A stretch of DNA of 64,000 nt. Source: a phage. The notes beneath the pieces are model-generated. The model saw only the letters and a list, made by a program, of their open reading frames with translations, was not told the DNA's origin and searched no databases. Shown here piece after piece: positions 38,558 through 46,457 of the stretch. Within the stretch, counting starts at the first letter, position 1. Each line of letters starts with the position of its first letter. Made by a program: the position numbers and the translations under genes. The DNA lies in NCBI GenBank assembly GCA_027262695.1, contig GCA_027262695.1_4722.1. One strand, written 5' to 3'.

Positions 38558-38971
38558 TCAAATTCCTTCTTTCAAAATCTCATTAAGGCCGTCTGCAACC
38601 GCGTCCAAATGGGCATCCATATCCGTTACGGTGTCAGCGGTAACTGTCCAGACGTGCTGTATTAATGTCTCACCATTCGTACATTTTACCATTTCCATCG
38701 CCAACTTTGTTTGTCCTGACGATGGTGAGATCTCATTGCTCCGCCAAAACGCAGCCTCGAGTAATGTTTTACCTAACGCTGTACACACAAAAGTAAATTC
38801 TACTTGACCAATACCTACCACCGAAGCGGATAACGGTTGGATATGTTCGCGCAGCTTATCATCTTCACGTAGGAGCAGCAGTGTACGATGTAAGTGTGTA
38901 CGGTGGGTAACAATAGCGTCGTAATGACCGATGCGTACATCGGCTACTGATTCAGGCCAGTTAATTTTCAT
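38558..38971 (-). CDS. small hypothetical protein (tandem paralog)
   Basis: 137 aa; VEFTFVCTALGKTLLEAAFW aligns with LGFVFSQTGKDVLENIFW of 38987..39430. Confidence 0.5.
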   Translation of the reverse strand: MKINWPESVADVRIGHYDAIVTHRTHLHRTLLLLREDDKLREHIQPLSASVVGIGQVEFTFVCTALGKTLLEAAFWRSNEISPSSGQTKLAMEMVKCTNGETLIQHVWTVTADTVTDMDAHLDAVADGLNEILKEGI

Positions 38972-38986
38972 GTTCGATTCCTCGTA

Positions 38987-39430
38987 TTAACACTGTGTTC
39001 CATTCGATAAGCGGGTGGTATCAAAACGATCCAGTTGGTGTACAATGCTATTAGCAACACGATGCAAATAGTGTATTTTGTCCATTCGTGAAATCGCAGA
39101 AATCGTCCAGCAAGCCTCTGACGTCCAATAGGTGCCGTCTTCACTAAGGCTAACGTTATAAACTAACTTCGTCATCACATTTCTCGCCTTATGCTCAGCA
39201 GACCAGAATATGTTTTCTAACACATCCTTCCCCGTTTGTGAAAACACGAACCCAAGCTTCACGTCGAGGTCGGATGCTTCAAGATTAACGAAGTGAAGAT
39301 GATTCTCCAAAGGCGCAAAAGAGGCTAAACGTTCCAGCGCGTTTTGCAGCGTGGGATGATCGAGCTTTTCGAGATCATCCACAGGTTGTTCAGGTACAAT
39401 CGCGATCGATTTACAGAATTTAATTTCCAT
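38987..39430 (-). CDS. small hypothetical protein (tandem paralog)
   Basis: 147 aa; shared core motif with 38558..38971. Confidence 0.5.
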   Translation of the reverse strand: MEIKFCKSIAIVPEQPVDDLEKLDHPTLQNALERLASFAPLENHLHFVNLEASDLDVKLGFVFSQTGKDVLENIFWSAEHKARNVMTKLVYNVSLSEDGTYWTSEACWTISAISRMDKIHYLHRVANSIVHQLDRFDTTRLSNGTQC

Positions 39431-39459
39431 GGTAGGTTCCTCTTGATAGATGGTAGTAA

Positions 39460-39479
39460 CGGGGATACCGCGGTATCCC
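39460..39479 (-). terminator. intra-operon hairpin GGGGATACCGCGGTATCCCC
   Basis: Perfect 20-bp palindrome between two minus genes. Confidence 0.4.
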
Positions 39480-39487
39480 CTAAGTCT

Positions 39488-39958
39488 TTATAACACGCCC
39501 CAAGCCATATTGGGTACAGGCTCGTTACGTTCGATGTAATACATCAAGCGTTCTTTAAGTTTGGTTAACGCCTCAGCAACGATGTTCTCCATGGCAATCA
39601 CCTTTCCAATGTAATCCATGGTATCCTGCCACGTAAACCATTCGACGGTATTGACGATGTAAAGGGTTTCATCGTCGTCGGTCATGACCTTGGCATTTTC
39701 ACGATGATCGCGGGTCGCGTATAACGGTGTTTTTAGATTCGCTCTGATACGTACCCAGAGCTTCTCCAGGAAATCGCTCGGTTGACTATCTGTCGTGATG
39801 ATAAGTTCACTCCGTACTGAACGCTCTCCACGCTTTTCAATAACAAGTAAACCATCGTAAGTGATGTTCATCAAGTTACGAAGGTCATCATTGCTATTCC
39901 AGTCTTTTACAACAGCAGGAAGTTGGCTATTGTACTCTTCAGGTAATCTCTTAAGCAT
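39488..39958 (-). CDS. hypothetical protein
   Basis: 156-aa ORF. Confidence 0.5.
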   Translation of the reverse strand: MLKRLPEEYNSQLPAVVKDWNSNDDLRNLMNITYDGLLVIEKRGERSVRSELIITTDSQPSDFLEKLWVRIRANLKTPLYATRDHRENAKVMTDDDETLYIVNTVEWFTWQDTMDYIGKVIAMENIVAEALTKLKERLMYYIERNEPVPNMAWGVL

Positions 39959-40403
39959 CGGTTTCTGCTCCTATATCACGTTTGAGTTCGGCGACCAGTT
40001 TGTCGTAATGGTCTTTTATCACATTCGCCATAACGAATTGCGCTTTTCTCACTAGCTGCTCATTGGCATCACTGAATGTAAAATACTCTCGCACTTCAAC
40101 CGGATGTGATACGCCACCGATATCGTAGGCTTTATTCGATGTGCGTTGAGCGATCACTGGGAGCGGTTTCGCGGCGTTCAGCGCAGTACAGATTTCCGTA
40201 ACGAGTTCTTGAATTTGGCTTTTCCCTTCGATGATAACGCTGCAACGATAAACATCCACCTCGTTAAGTTGTTCAACAACATCCGCCTTGATTTTGAATT
40301 GACCTACAAGCGCGCTTACTAAAGTGCGGTGCCAATTGTTCACCACTCCAACCAGCAATGGATGATTCTCAAGATCTCTTCTGTTCATTTCTGAGCTCCT
40401 CAA
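39951..40403 (-). CDS. hypothetical protein
   Basis: 150-aa ORF overlapping downstream gene by 8 nt. Confidence 0.5.
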   Translation of the reverse strand: MRSSEMNRRDLENHPLLVGVVNNWHRTLVSALVGQFKIKADVVEQLNEVDVYRCSVIIEGKSQIQELVTEICTALNAAKPLPVIAQRTSNKAYDIGGVSHPVEVREYFTFSDANEQLVRKAQFVMANVIKDHYDKLVAELKRDIGAETDA

Positions 40404-40425
40404 TCGCTCTATAACAAACTTTTAG

Positions 40426-40450
40426 AGGAAGGGAAACATATTCCCTTCCT
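40426..40450 (-). terminator. hairpin GGAAGGGAA-acata-TTCCCTTCC
   Basis: 9-bp stem between 40468..40743 and 39951..40403. Confidence 0.4.
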
Positions 40451-40467
40451 TGAGTTAGTTTATTGCG

Positions 40468-40743
40468 TTATACGTCTTTTCTGTGCGCGTAGAACGCCTT
40501 CGTTCCGTTGTTGATCGCCTCAACCACATCCGGGGTTAACACAACGGCGATATCGCTTCGAGATGACGGTGCGTAATACCCTTCACCGTTCTCGGTAATC
40601 AGGCGATAACGGACTAAGCCTATGTTCGGTTCAACGCGTACCACTCTTTCGAGTTTGTACTTGATGATCTTCGTCAGGCCGATAGTCTCTGATGCGTAGA
40701 TGGCTTTATAAACTTTGTTCTTTGCTGTCGTTTTCATCAACAT
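40468..40743 (-). CDS. small hypothetical protein interleaved in paralog cluster
   Basis: ORF track 40468..40812; internal ATG 40743 chosen to limit overlap with paralog 1 (still 38 nt). Confidence 0.4.
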   Translation of the reverse strand: MLMKTTAKNKVYKAIYASETIGLTKIIKYKLERVVRVEPNIGLVRYRLITENGEGYYAPSSRSDIAVVLTPDVVEAINNGTKAFYAHRKDV

Positions 40744-41599
40744 GGTTTCTGTTTTCCTTGGTTTGTTGTGGTCCCAGGTCGGAGATATCCCAACGGATAT
40801 AACCAACATCACGGATTCGCTCGGCTGTTTCTTCGGATTGTGGATTACGACTGATAACCGGTAGCCATTCCCCTTCTCGGGTTATCTTAACTTCGGTGAT
40901 CTGTAAGCTCATGTTCCAACGAACGTCATAAACCAGCGCGTAACCAAGAGGATGAACAAGCCCATCTTGGTTATACATCTTCAAAAGACCTCTTACATCT
41001 TCGCTACGAAGTGATTTCATGGCTGGACGTACGCGTTGAAGTCTCTTTGTGATATCGTATCCCAACTTAATATCCTTCCAACCCGTCATGACGTAAGGAA
41101 CAACGTTGCGGCGACGGAGTTGATGGTTGTGAGTGGTTTCTTCGGCGGTAAGATGTACCCAACCGAGATCGCTGTACGCCACGAACCGCGCTCCTTCTCC
41201 ATCGAGCACTGTGTGCTCATCTAACGCTGCTGCAACACCATGGCCTGCGTAATACGACGGAAGAACGTTCAGCATTTTAATACGGCTTTCTTGACCGGTA
41301 TGGTCAGGGTCGATATGCGCGTAGTAATAATTACGGCTTACCGGACGACCTTCCGCCATACATCCACGGAAGACAGGGTCCTGCATTCCAAGCGGATGGT
41401 AATACGCGAGCTGTTGCTCGTCACCTTCCCCGATGACCAACAAACGATCTTCACGACTTGGTGTGCTAGGATCTTTCACCGTGATGTAGGTAACAATCAC
41501 TTTCAGATTGTCTAAAATGTCCTGTGGAAGTTTCTCTAAATCCCGTGCGTCGTAAATACGATTAACAACAACGTTTGCAATGTGTTTTGGTAAGCTCAT
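40706..41599 (-). CDS. member 1 of triplicated ~270-aa paralog family (unknown function)
   Basis: Shared motifs LAYYHPLGMQ, SDLGWVHL, HPLGYALVYDVRWN, GYIRWDISDL; unique C-terminal extension. Confidence 0.6.
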   Translation of the reverse strand: MSLPKHIANVVVNRIYDARDLEKLPQDILDNLKVIVTYITVKDPSTPSREDRLLVIGEGDEQQLAYYHPLGMQDPVFRGCMAEGRPVSRNYYYAHIDPDHTGQESRIKMLNVLPSYYAGHGVAAALDEHTVLDGEGARFVAYSDLGWVHLTAEETTHNHQLRRRNVVPYVMTGWKDIKLGYDITKRLQRVRPAMKSLRSEDVRGLLKMYNQDGLVHPLGYALVYDVRWNMSLQITEVKITREGEWLPVISRNPQSEETAERIRDVGYIRWDISDLGPQQTKENRNHVDENDSKEQSL

Positions 41600-41644
41600 T
41601 TTAGATCTCTCTTTGTTATCGGTAAAATAAATAACGGCATAAAT

Positions 41645-41660
41645 GGGACATAACTGTCCC
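41645..41660 (-). terminator. hairpin GGGACA-taac-TGTCCC followed on minus strand by TTTATGCCGTTATTTATTTT
   Basis: Between paralog 2 stop and paralog 1 start; motif at 41633-41642. Confidence 0.45.
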
Positions 41661-41679
41661 CGTGTTAAATATCAACTGT

Positions 41680-42522
41680 TCACGCTTTCAAGTCTGAAAT
41701 ATCCCAACGTACGTAACCTGTACGCTCAATGTCGTCAACCAGTCGCTCGGTTTGATTTTCAACGCCAACGACGGGCACCCAATTTAAACGCCAGCGTCCA
41801 CCGACATTAACCTCAACACGCTGCAGATCTTCATTCCAACAAACCCCATTCGGTCTCAAAAAGCCCATCGGATGGATGTAGTCCTCATCGTAATCTTTCA
41901 ATAGCGCGAGAATATCGCTTCGGCTATAAGTCTTCACGCTTGCTAGATGTACGCTTTGTAGCTTATCACGCAGACCCCAACCGTACTCACTATCACGCCA
42001 TTCAGGCATGACAACCGGCAGTACATTCCGATGACGGATGTATTTTGCCGCTTCAGCAATATCAGCTGGGAGATGTATCCAACCTAAATCGCTGTTAGCG
42101 ACAAAATCAGGACTATCCATTTCATGGATGTAACGATCGTAAAGCGTAGCAGCGAGTCCTTCAGCAAGCACGTTTGTTGGAAGGAGGCAGTTGGCGCTTA
42201 TCTTGAAATCGAATACATCGGCATCAGGATCCACGTATGCGTAAAACCCGCGCGCAAAAGCACCGCCATGCTCTTTGAAGTAGTATTGGAACACAGCGTT
42301 TTGCATTCCGATGGGGTGGTAGTAAGCCAACACACGTTGTTCGCCGTCCGTGATTTCAATGAGCCGATCTTTCGGCTTCGGCCAGGTGATCTTCTCAACA
42401 TCGCAAACGCTGACGATCTTTCGTAGATTCACCTTGATATGTTCCGGGAGATGCCCGATTTCATTTTCATGATAAACACGGGTGATGACGTGATGAATAA
42501 CAGATTGTGGTTTAGCTGTCAT
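41680..42522 (-). CDS. member 2 of triplicated paralog family
   Basis: LAYYHPIGMQ, SDLGWIHL, HPMGFLRPNGVCWN, GYVRWDISDL. Confidence 0.6.
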   Translation of the reverse strand: MTAKPQSVIHHVITRVYHENEIGHLPEHIKVNLRKIVSVCDVEKITWPKPKDRLIEITDGEQRVLAYYHPIGMQNAVFQYYFKEHGGAFARGFYAYVDPDADVFDFKISANCLLPTNVLAEGLAATLYDRYIHEMDSPDFVANSDLGWIHLPADIAEAAKYIRHRNVLPVVMPEWRDSEYGWGLRDKLQSVHLASVKTYSRSDILALLKDYDEDYIHPMGFLRPNGVCWNEDLQRVEVNVGGRWRLNWVPVVGVENQTERLVDDIERTGYVRWDISDLKA

Positions 42523-42554
42523 TTGACGTCTCCTTTTCGTTTGTTGGTGATGGT

Positions 42555-42854
42555 TTAGGGTTTAGGTTCCGTTTTGTATTGTGCGAGTAATGCGTTGATC
42601 TGCTCCCGTTGTTCTTTTAAGCATGTGGGAAGCTGGTCTTCCCGTACCGTTCCGATTTCCAACGTGATGTACCAACGTTGTTCGGAAGCCTGCCATTGAA
42701 AACTGCTCTGTAACCGAAGGATGTTGGGATCGCGTACCTTGCTTGCGCTGTAGCGATCGAACCAATCCAGATAAGCGGCTTTTCCTTCCTCGTCGGCAAC
42801 GTAACGCTGCACGCTGTTCTTGCCTTTGTTCTCGTATCCCGTGATGCGGATCAT
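42555..42854 (-). CDS. small hypothetical protein interleaved in paralog cluster
   Basis: ORF track 42555..42908; ATG 42854 overlaps stop of paralog 3 in ATGA arrangement. Confidence 0.45.
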   Translation of the reverse strand: MIRITGYENKGKNSVQRYVADEEGKAAYLDWFDRYSASKVRDPNILRLQSSFQWQASEQRWYITLEIGTVREDQLPTCLKEQREQINALLAQYKTEPKP

Positions 42855-43627
42855 GCGAACGTTTCTCCTGTAACGTGTTGCGGATAGCGTAGCATGGTAA
42901 CATCCCATTGTACGAATCCCTGCTGTTGGAGTTGTTGCATAACCGCTTCAACGTCTTGTCCTGGATGCGCAACCGGCAACCAACGTGTATCCAGCACCTT
43001 CGCTTCAAGGCGGGCTTTGCGCTTGTTCCAACGTACCTCGCTGATCCATGCGAAGCCAAGCGGATGCACCACCTGCGGGTAATGCACGCGCAGCAGGTTC
43101 TTCATCCGGCGAAGGATTGCAAGCCTGGCGTCAAGCGCGTATGGTTTCACCTGGTTAAGCTTGCGGGTGTAATACGTTCCCACGGTTTGGTTCGCCCAAC
43201 CAGGAAGCGCATGATGGGACCCAGCCTGCAATGTATTGTCCCCGTTCGTCTTCAACCAACCGTATTGCCCTGCCGCACGTCCTTTCTCATGTTCAACTTG
43301 TACCAGCTGATCGATGAACGAAGCATCAACGATACCGTGATCCACCTCATCCAACGCATAGCGCACCACCAACCCGCTCGCGCTCATCCGTGCGGGATGC
43401 TGGCTCCGATGCGCGTACCAAACCCTATTAACATGCAGCCGAGAAGGATACGTGTGTGCGCCACGCCAAAACACTTTTCCGAGAACACGTTCTCCACAGT
43501 ACACCATCACCCCTTTGTGATCGATTAGGTAATCCAACACCTTCATGCATTCCGCTTTGATGCTATCCGGTAATGCTAAGTATTCCTCTTCGGTGAACAC
43601 GGTATCAAAAATGATTTCATCGCTCAT
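42851..43627 (-). CDS. member 3 of triplicated paralog family (most divergent)
   Basis: HPLGFAWISEVRWN and GFVQWDVTML align with members 1 and 2. Confidence 0.55.
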   Translation of the reverse strand: MSDEIIFDTVFTEEEYLALPDSIKAECMKVLDYLIDHKGVMVYCGERVLGKVFWRGAHTYPSRLHVNRVWYAHRSQHPARMSASGLVVRYALDEVDHGIVDASFIDQLVQVEHEKGRAAGQYGWLKTNGDNTLQAGSHHALPGWANQTVGTYYTRKLNQVKPYALDARLAILRRMKNLLRVHYPQVVHPLGFAWISEVRWNKRKARLEAKVLDTRWLPVAHPGQDVEAVMQQLQQQGFVQWDVTMLRYPQHVTGETFA

Positions 43628-43639
43628 GGATAAAGTTCC

Positions 43640-44075
43640 TTGTTTTCACGTTGTTTGATTAACGTATTGATTTCTGATGATGATAACATCGATATGTTTG
43701 CTGTTATCAAGAAGGTAATATAGCCGTGAAAGGATTTGTATTACAGAAAGGATATTTGTTTTTAAGAAGGGACGATGGTTATCAGGAAGGAGGTTATCGG
43801 TAGGTGTAGGAGAGGGGATTTCAAGGAAGGTTTAAGAGGATAGTTATGTTGTTTAGTTGAGAGTTTGCTAAAATAGCTTTATCGTTATCTTAGTTTATCT
43901 GTGTATTCGTTAGGTATCTTGATTTATCTTCTTAATGATCTTTTCAAAAGTGTTATCATGGTTATCTTAGGTTATGTCTTAATTGTTTTATCTTGGTATG
44001 TTTAAGTTGTTTTAAGTTATCTGTTTATCTATCTTGTTATCTTGTTTAAGTTGTTAATGGCTTATCTTCAAAACA
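43640..44075. repeat. AT-rich non-coding region with purine-rich (A/G)GAAGG repeats (about 43700-43850) and at least 8 TATCTT iterons (about 43880-44070)
   Basis: No credible ORF; copies such as GTTATCTTAG, GGTATCTTGA, TTTATCTTCT, GGTTATCTTAGG, TTTATCTTGG, GCTTATCTTC; TGTTTAAGTTGTT twice. Confidence 0.6.
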
Positions 44076-44085
44076 ATGGATAACA

Positions 44086-44131
44086 TGTGTTTACTACGCT
44101 CGTTGAGTTATAACTCAACGGTAACACATGT
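44086..44131. promoter_or_regulatory. composite palindrome: perfect 20-bp CGTTGAGTTATAACTCAACG flanked by inverted ACATGTGTT / AACACATGT
   Basis: 44101-44120 is its own reverse complement; flanking arms extend the dyad imperfectly. Confidence 0.45.
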
Positions 44132-44535
44132 CATCTGTGCATTACACTACGTTACATGCTTATCAACGTTTTGTGAAGACAAAACGTTCAACTCTAAAAA
44201 ACCATTTGTGATACTCTTCTTCACGTTGTTCATCAGAGTATCTCGTCTATCCTCACTGCGTTCGCATACGACATCACCGTTATACGCTAACGCTACGCTT
44301 ATAGCTTATAACTCTAAGGATAAAAACATAAACTCGCTTCGCTCGTTTAGTTTTTCTTTTTCTTAGAGTTATCATGTTGCTCGTCTCTAAAGGACTTCGC
44401 TCCTCCCCCGTCCCCCGAAGGGGCCGAGGTCGTGGAAATTTTACTTTCCAAATACATTTACAACGTCTGTAAACTTTTACCGACACATACCTAATCTTAT
44501 ATTTAAAATTAGAAAAAGAGAAAATACGAACATAA

Positions 44536-44566
44536 CCCTCCTCCAACCCGGAAGGGAAGGAGGAGG
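44536..44566 (-). terminator. hairpin CCCTCCTCC-AACCCGGAAGGGAA-GGAGGAGG
   Basis: Same family as 13571; after stop of 44585..45478; followed on minus strand by TTATGTTCGTATTTT. Confidence 0.6.
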
Positions 44567-44584
44567 TGATAACAGTCTATTTAA

Positions 44585-45478
44585 TTAATCGGAAGTGTTA
44601 TAACCGAATACTGCTTTACCGTAGGTGTGAGTACCATCACTGAGTGACAATACTAATACGTGGTTATACGCATCGTTAACACCCTTGTCGGTAGAATCGG
44701 TGGTAACACCGTTGTAGACAAAGGTAGCTGATTGCAGATTGGTTTTCAGTTCATTGATGATATCATCACTTACACCAGTCTGCTCTTTAATCAGAGTAGT
44801 CAGGTTACCTGCTAAGCTTGCGTCGAGATTTACTTCGTTGCCAGTAATAGCTTGTAAACCTGAAGCGTAAGTACTGAAGTCTAACGGATAGGTTAACAGA
44901 CGTGCTGACGTTTTGGTACCATTGCCTTCATCAACGTAGGTTAAGTTACCCAGGTTGGTAACCTTGATAATGTTAGACAGATCCAGCGTTGTGTTATAAA
45001 CTTTAACTTGAACAGAACCATACCAAGCCAACGAATCTTCTTTGGCTTCCAGGGTAACGGTTTGGATACCTGACTGATCAAAGGTAACGGGATTAGATAA
45101 CGTTTCAGCTTTGATGTCTTTTGTTTTATCCAGGAACTTCTCGCCGGAAGGCGTAACCATACCGTAGCGTTGAGCTACGAGGTCGACCACGTCACCGATG
45201 GTGGTGTTTGCTTCAACACTAACGCGCACCGCGATCTTCTGGAACCATTTAGCCAGATCCAGACGATGATAGGTGACATCGCGGGTATTGAAGTACGGTG
45301 TACCATCACCCGGACTGAGTGTTAATGTTGCTGCACTATCAGAATCGCTTTTGGATTTAAGAACGTATTTGAGATCAGTGTATTTGAAACTGGCTCCCGT
45401 ATCGGCGTTAAGCTGGTTGATCTCATCAACGATAAGTTGCCACGGTGTTTTCAAAGTAAGTGATACTCGACTTGACAT
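44585..45478 (-). CDS. structural-region paralog family member A (YYDR-YG-LAWTGSV family)
   Basis: VTYHRLDL, LVAQRYGMV, LAWYGSVQV. Confidence 0.55.
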   Translation of the reverse strand: MSSRVSLTLKTPWQLIVDEINQLNADTGASFKYTDLKYVLKSKSDSDSAATLTLSPGDGTPYFNTRDVTYHRLDLAKWFQKIAVRVSVEANTTIGDVVDLVAQRYGMVTPSGEKFLDKTKDIKAETLSNPVTFDQSGIQTVTLEAKEDSLAWYGSVQVKVYNTTLDLSNIIKVTNLGNLTYVDEGNGTKTSARLLTYPLDFSTYASGLQAITGNEVNLDASLAGNLTTLIKEQTGVSDDIINELKTNLQSATFVYNGVTTDSTDKGVNDAYNHVLVLSLSDGTHTYGKAVFGYNTSD

Positions 45479-45514
45479 TTTTTTACCTCGATGGTTGTTA
45501 CATCACTCTCAAAA

Positions 45515-45562
45515 GATGTAAATGTTTACAGAAAATAATATATTTTATATTTAATGTAAATG
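45515..45562. promoter_or_regulatory. direct repeats ATGTAAATG (x2) with TGTAAA-tg-TTTACA inverted repeat in AT-rich divergent promoter
   Basis: 45515-45523 and 45554-45562; inverted repeat 45517-45530. Confidence 0.35.
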
Positions 45563-45620
45563 ATATGGAGAACGACTCCGAATCTCCTTTTCGACCATCA
45601 AAATCAGAGGACACACAGTC

Positions 45621-46163
45621 ATGGCCTTAGACTTTAACAAAGCAGCGAAATCCCTTCTGCTCGATCTTATCAACACCAAAGCAACTCGCACACTGACCGA
45701 AGAAGAACTGCAGTTCGGTACTCCGGGGGCATCTTCCGAACATTCTAAGAACACCGTTATTCAGCTGGATGCTGCGGATGAAGCAGAAAACCTGCAGGGT
45801 ACTCAGCAGTTCTACTACGATCGTCTGGCTCTATCTGACGTTTTCGCTGATGTAACCGGCGATGTTACTTTCGAACTGCCGCACGGTACTGAAAGCATCC
45901 AGGCTTCCGAGCTGGTAAGCAAGCTGGTCACCAAATTCGGCCTGGCTTCCCTGACCGGTGAAATCAAAGAAGAAACCTTCCAGCTGTCTGCAGGTACTGT
46001 TGGTCAGGTAACTCTGAGCGCGATCGAGAACGGTCTGGTATATACCGGCACTCTGCAGGTTGCTCTGACCTATGCAGCAGCACCGAAAGACGAACTGGCA
46101 ACCGTTCTGGCGAATAACGTAGCTGAAGGTTTCGTGAAACCTGAAGTAGCTGTCGTTGGCTAA
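45621..46163 (+). CDS. paralog family member B; strongly codon-optimised, probably very abundant virion protein
   Basis: FYYDRLAL, LVTKFGLA, LVYTGTLQV; near-exclusive CTG/GGT/CGT/ACC/TTC codon use unlike neighbours. Confidence 0.65.
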   Translation: MALDFNKAAKSLLLDLINTKATRTLTEEELQFGTPGASSEHSKNTVIQLDAADEAENLQGTQQFYYDRLALSDVFADVTGDVTFELPHGTESIQASELVSKLVTKFGLASLTGEIKEETFQLSAGTVGQVTLSAIENGLVYTGTLQVALTYAAAPKDELATVLANNVAEGFVKPEVAVVG

Positions 46164-46172
46164 TAAGCACGT

Positions 46173-46213
46173 AGAGCAATAGTATGGGTTTTGTACAGCT
46201 CGGCTATTGCTCT
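46173..46213 (+). terminator. stem-loop AGAGCAATAG-n21-CTATTGCTCT directly after stop of 45621..46163
   Basis: 10-bp perfect stem; further hairpins downstream in a ~290-nt 3' region. Confidence 0.4.
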
Positions 46214-46362
46214 TCTACAATTTGGTTGTAACAATCTGCGTGGTTGCACGCTTATCTTTCTCATTGAACGCTTCGTATGATGCGTGGTGTTGAAAGGGTT
46301 GTGGATCTCCTCAAGCGGCCAGGGACCCAGACCAACCTGAATAAACACAAACACATGTTAAG

Positions 46363-46394
46363 CCCCTCCTCATCCGTTATTGGGTGGGGAGGGG
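46363..46394. terminator. bidirectional hairpin CCCCTCCTCATCC...GGGTGGGGAGGGG
   Basis: Between convergent genes 45621..46163 and 46458..47093. Confidence 0.5.
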
Positions 46395-46457
46395 TCTTAT
46401 ACGTCTTTATGCGTTCCGTTCGTTCTGGAGCGTTTTAGAACGGTTTACGACAGGGTT

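Noticed and set aside
42562-43059. 165-aa ORF 42562..43059 (-)
   Set aside because: Alternative frame overlapping paralog 3 and the small gene 42555..42854; the ATGA-coupled arrangement of those two genes is more parsimonious.
44076-44546. ORF-track entries 44076..44366 (+) and 44280..44546 (-)
   Set aside because: They lie in the AT-rich repeat and palindrome region, overlap each other, lack ribosome-binding sites, and have low-complexity translations; most likely spurious.
43640-44584. Possible tRNA gene(s) in the AT-rich non-coding region
   Set aside because: No T-arm-like GGTTCGAATCC-type sequence, no 7-bp acceptor stem with cloverleaf spacing found by eye; the GC-rich stem at about 44400-44440 does not extend to a tRNA fold. 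Would need tRNAscan-SE to exclude fully.
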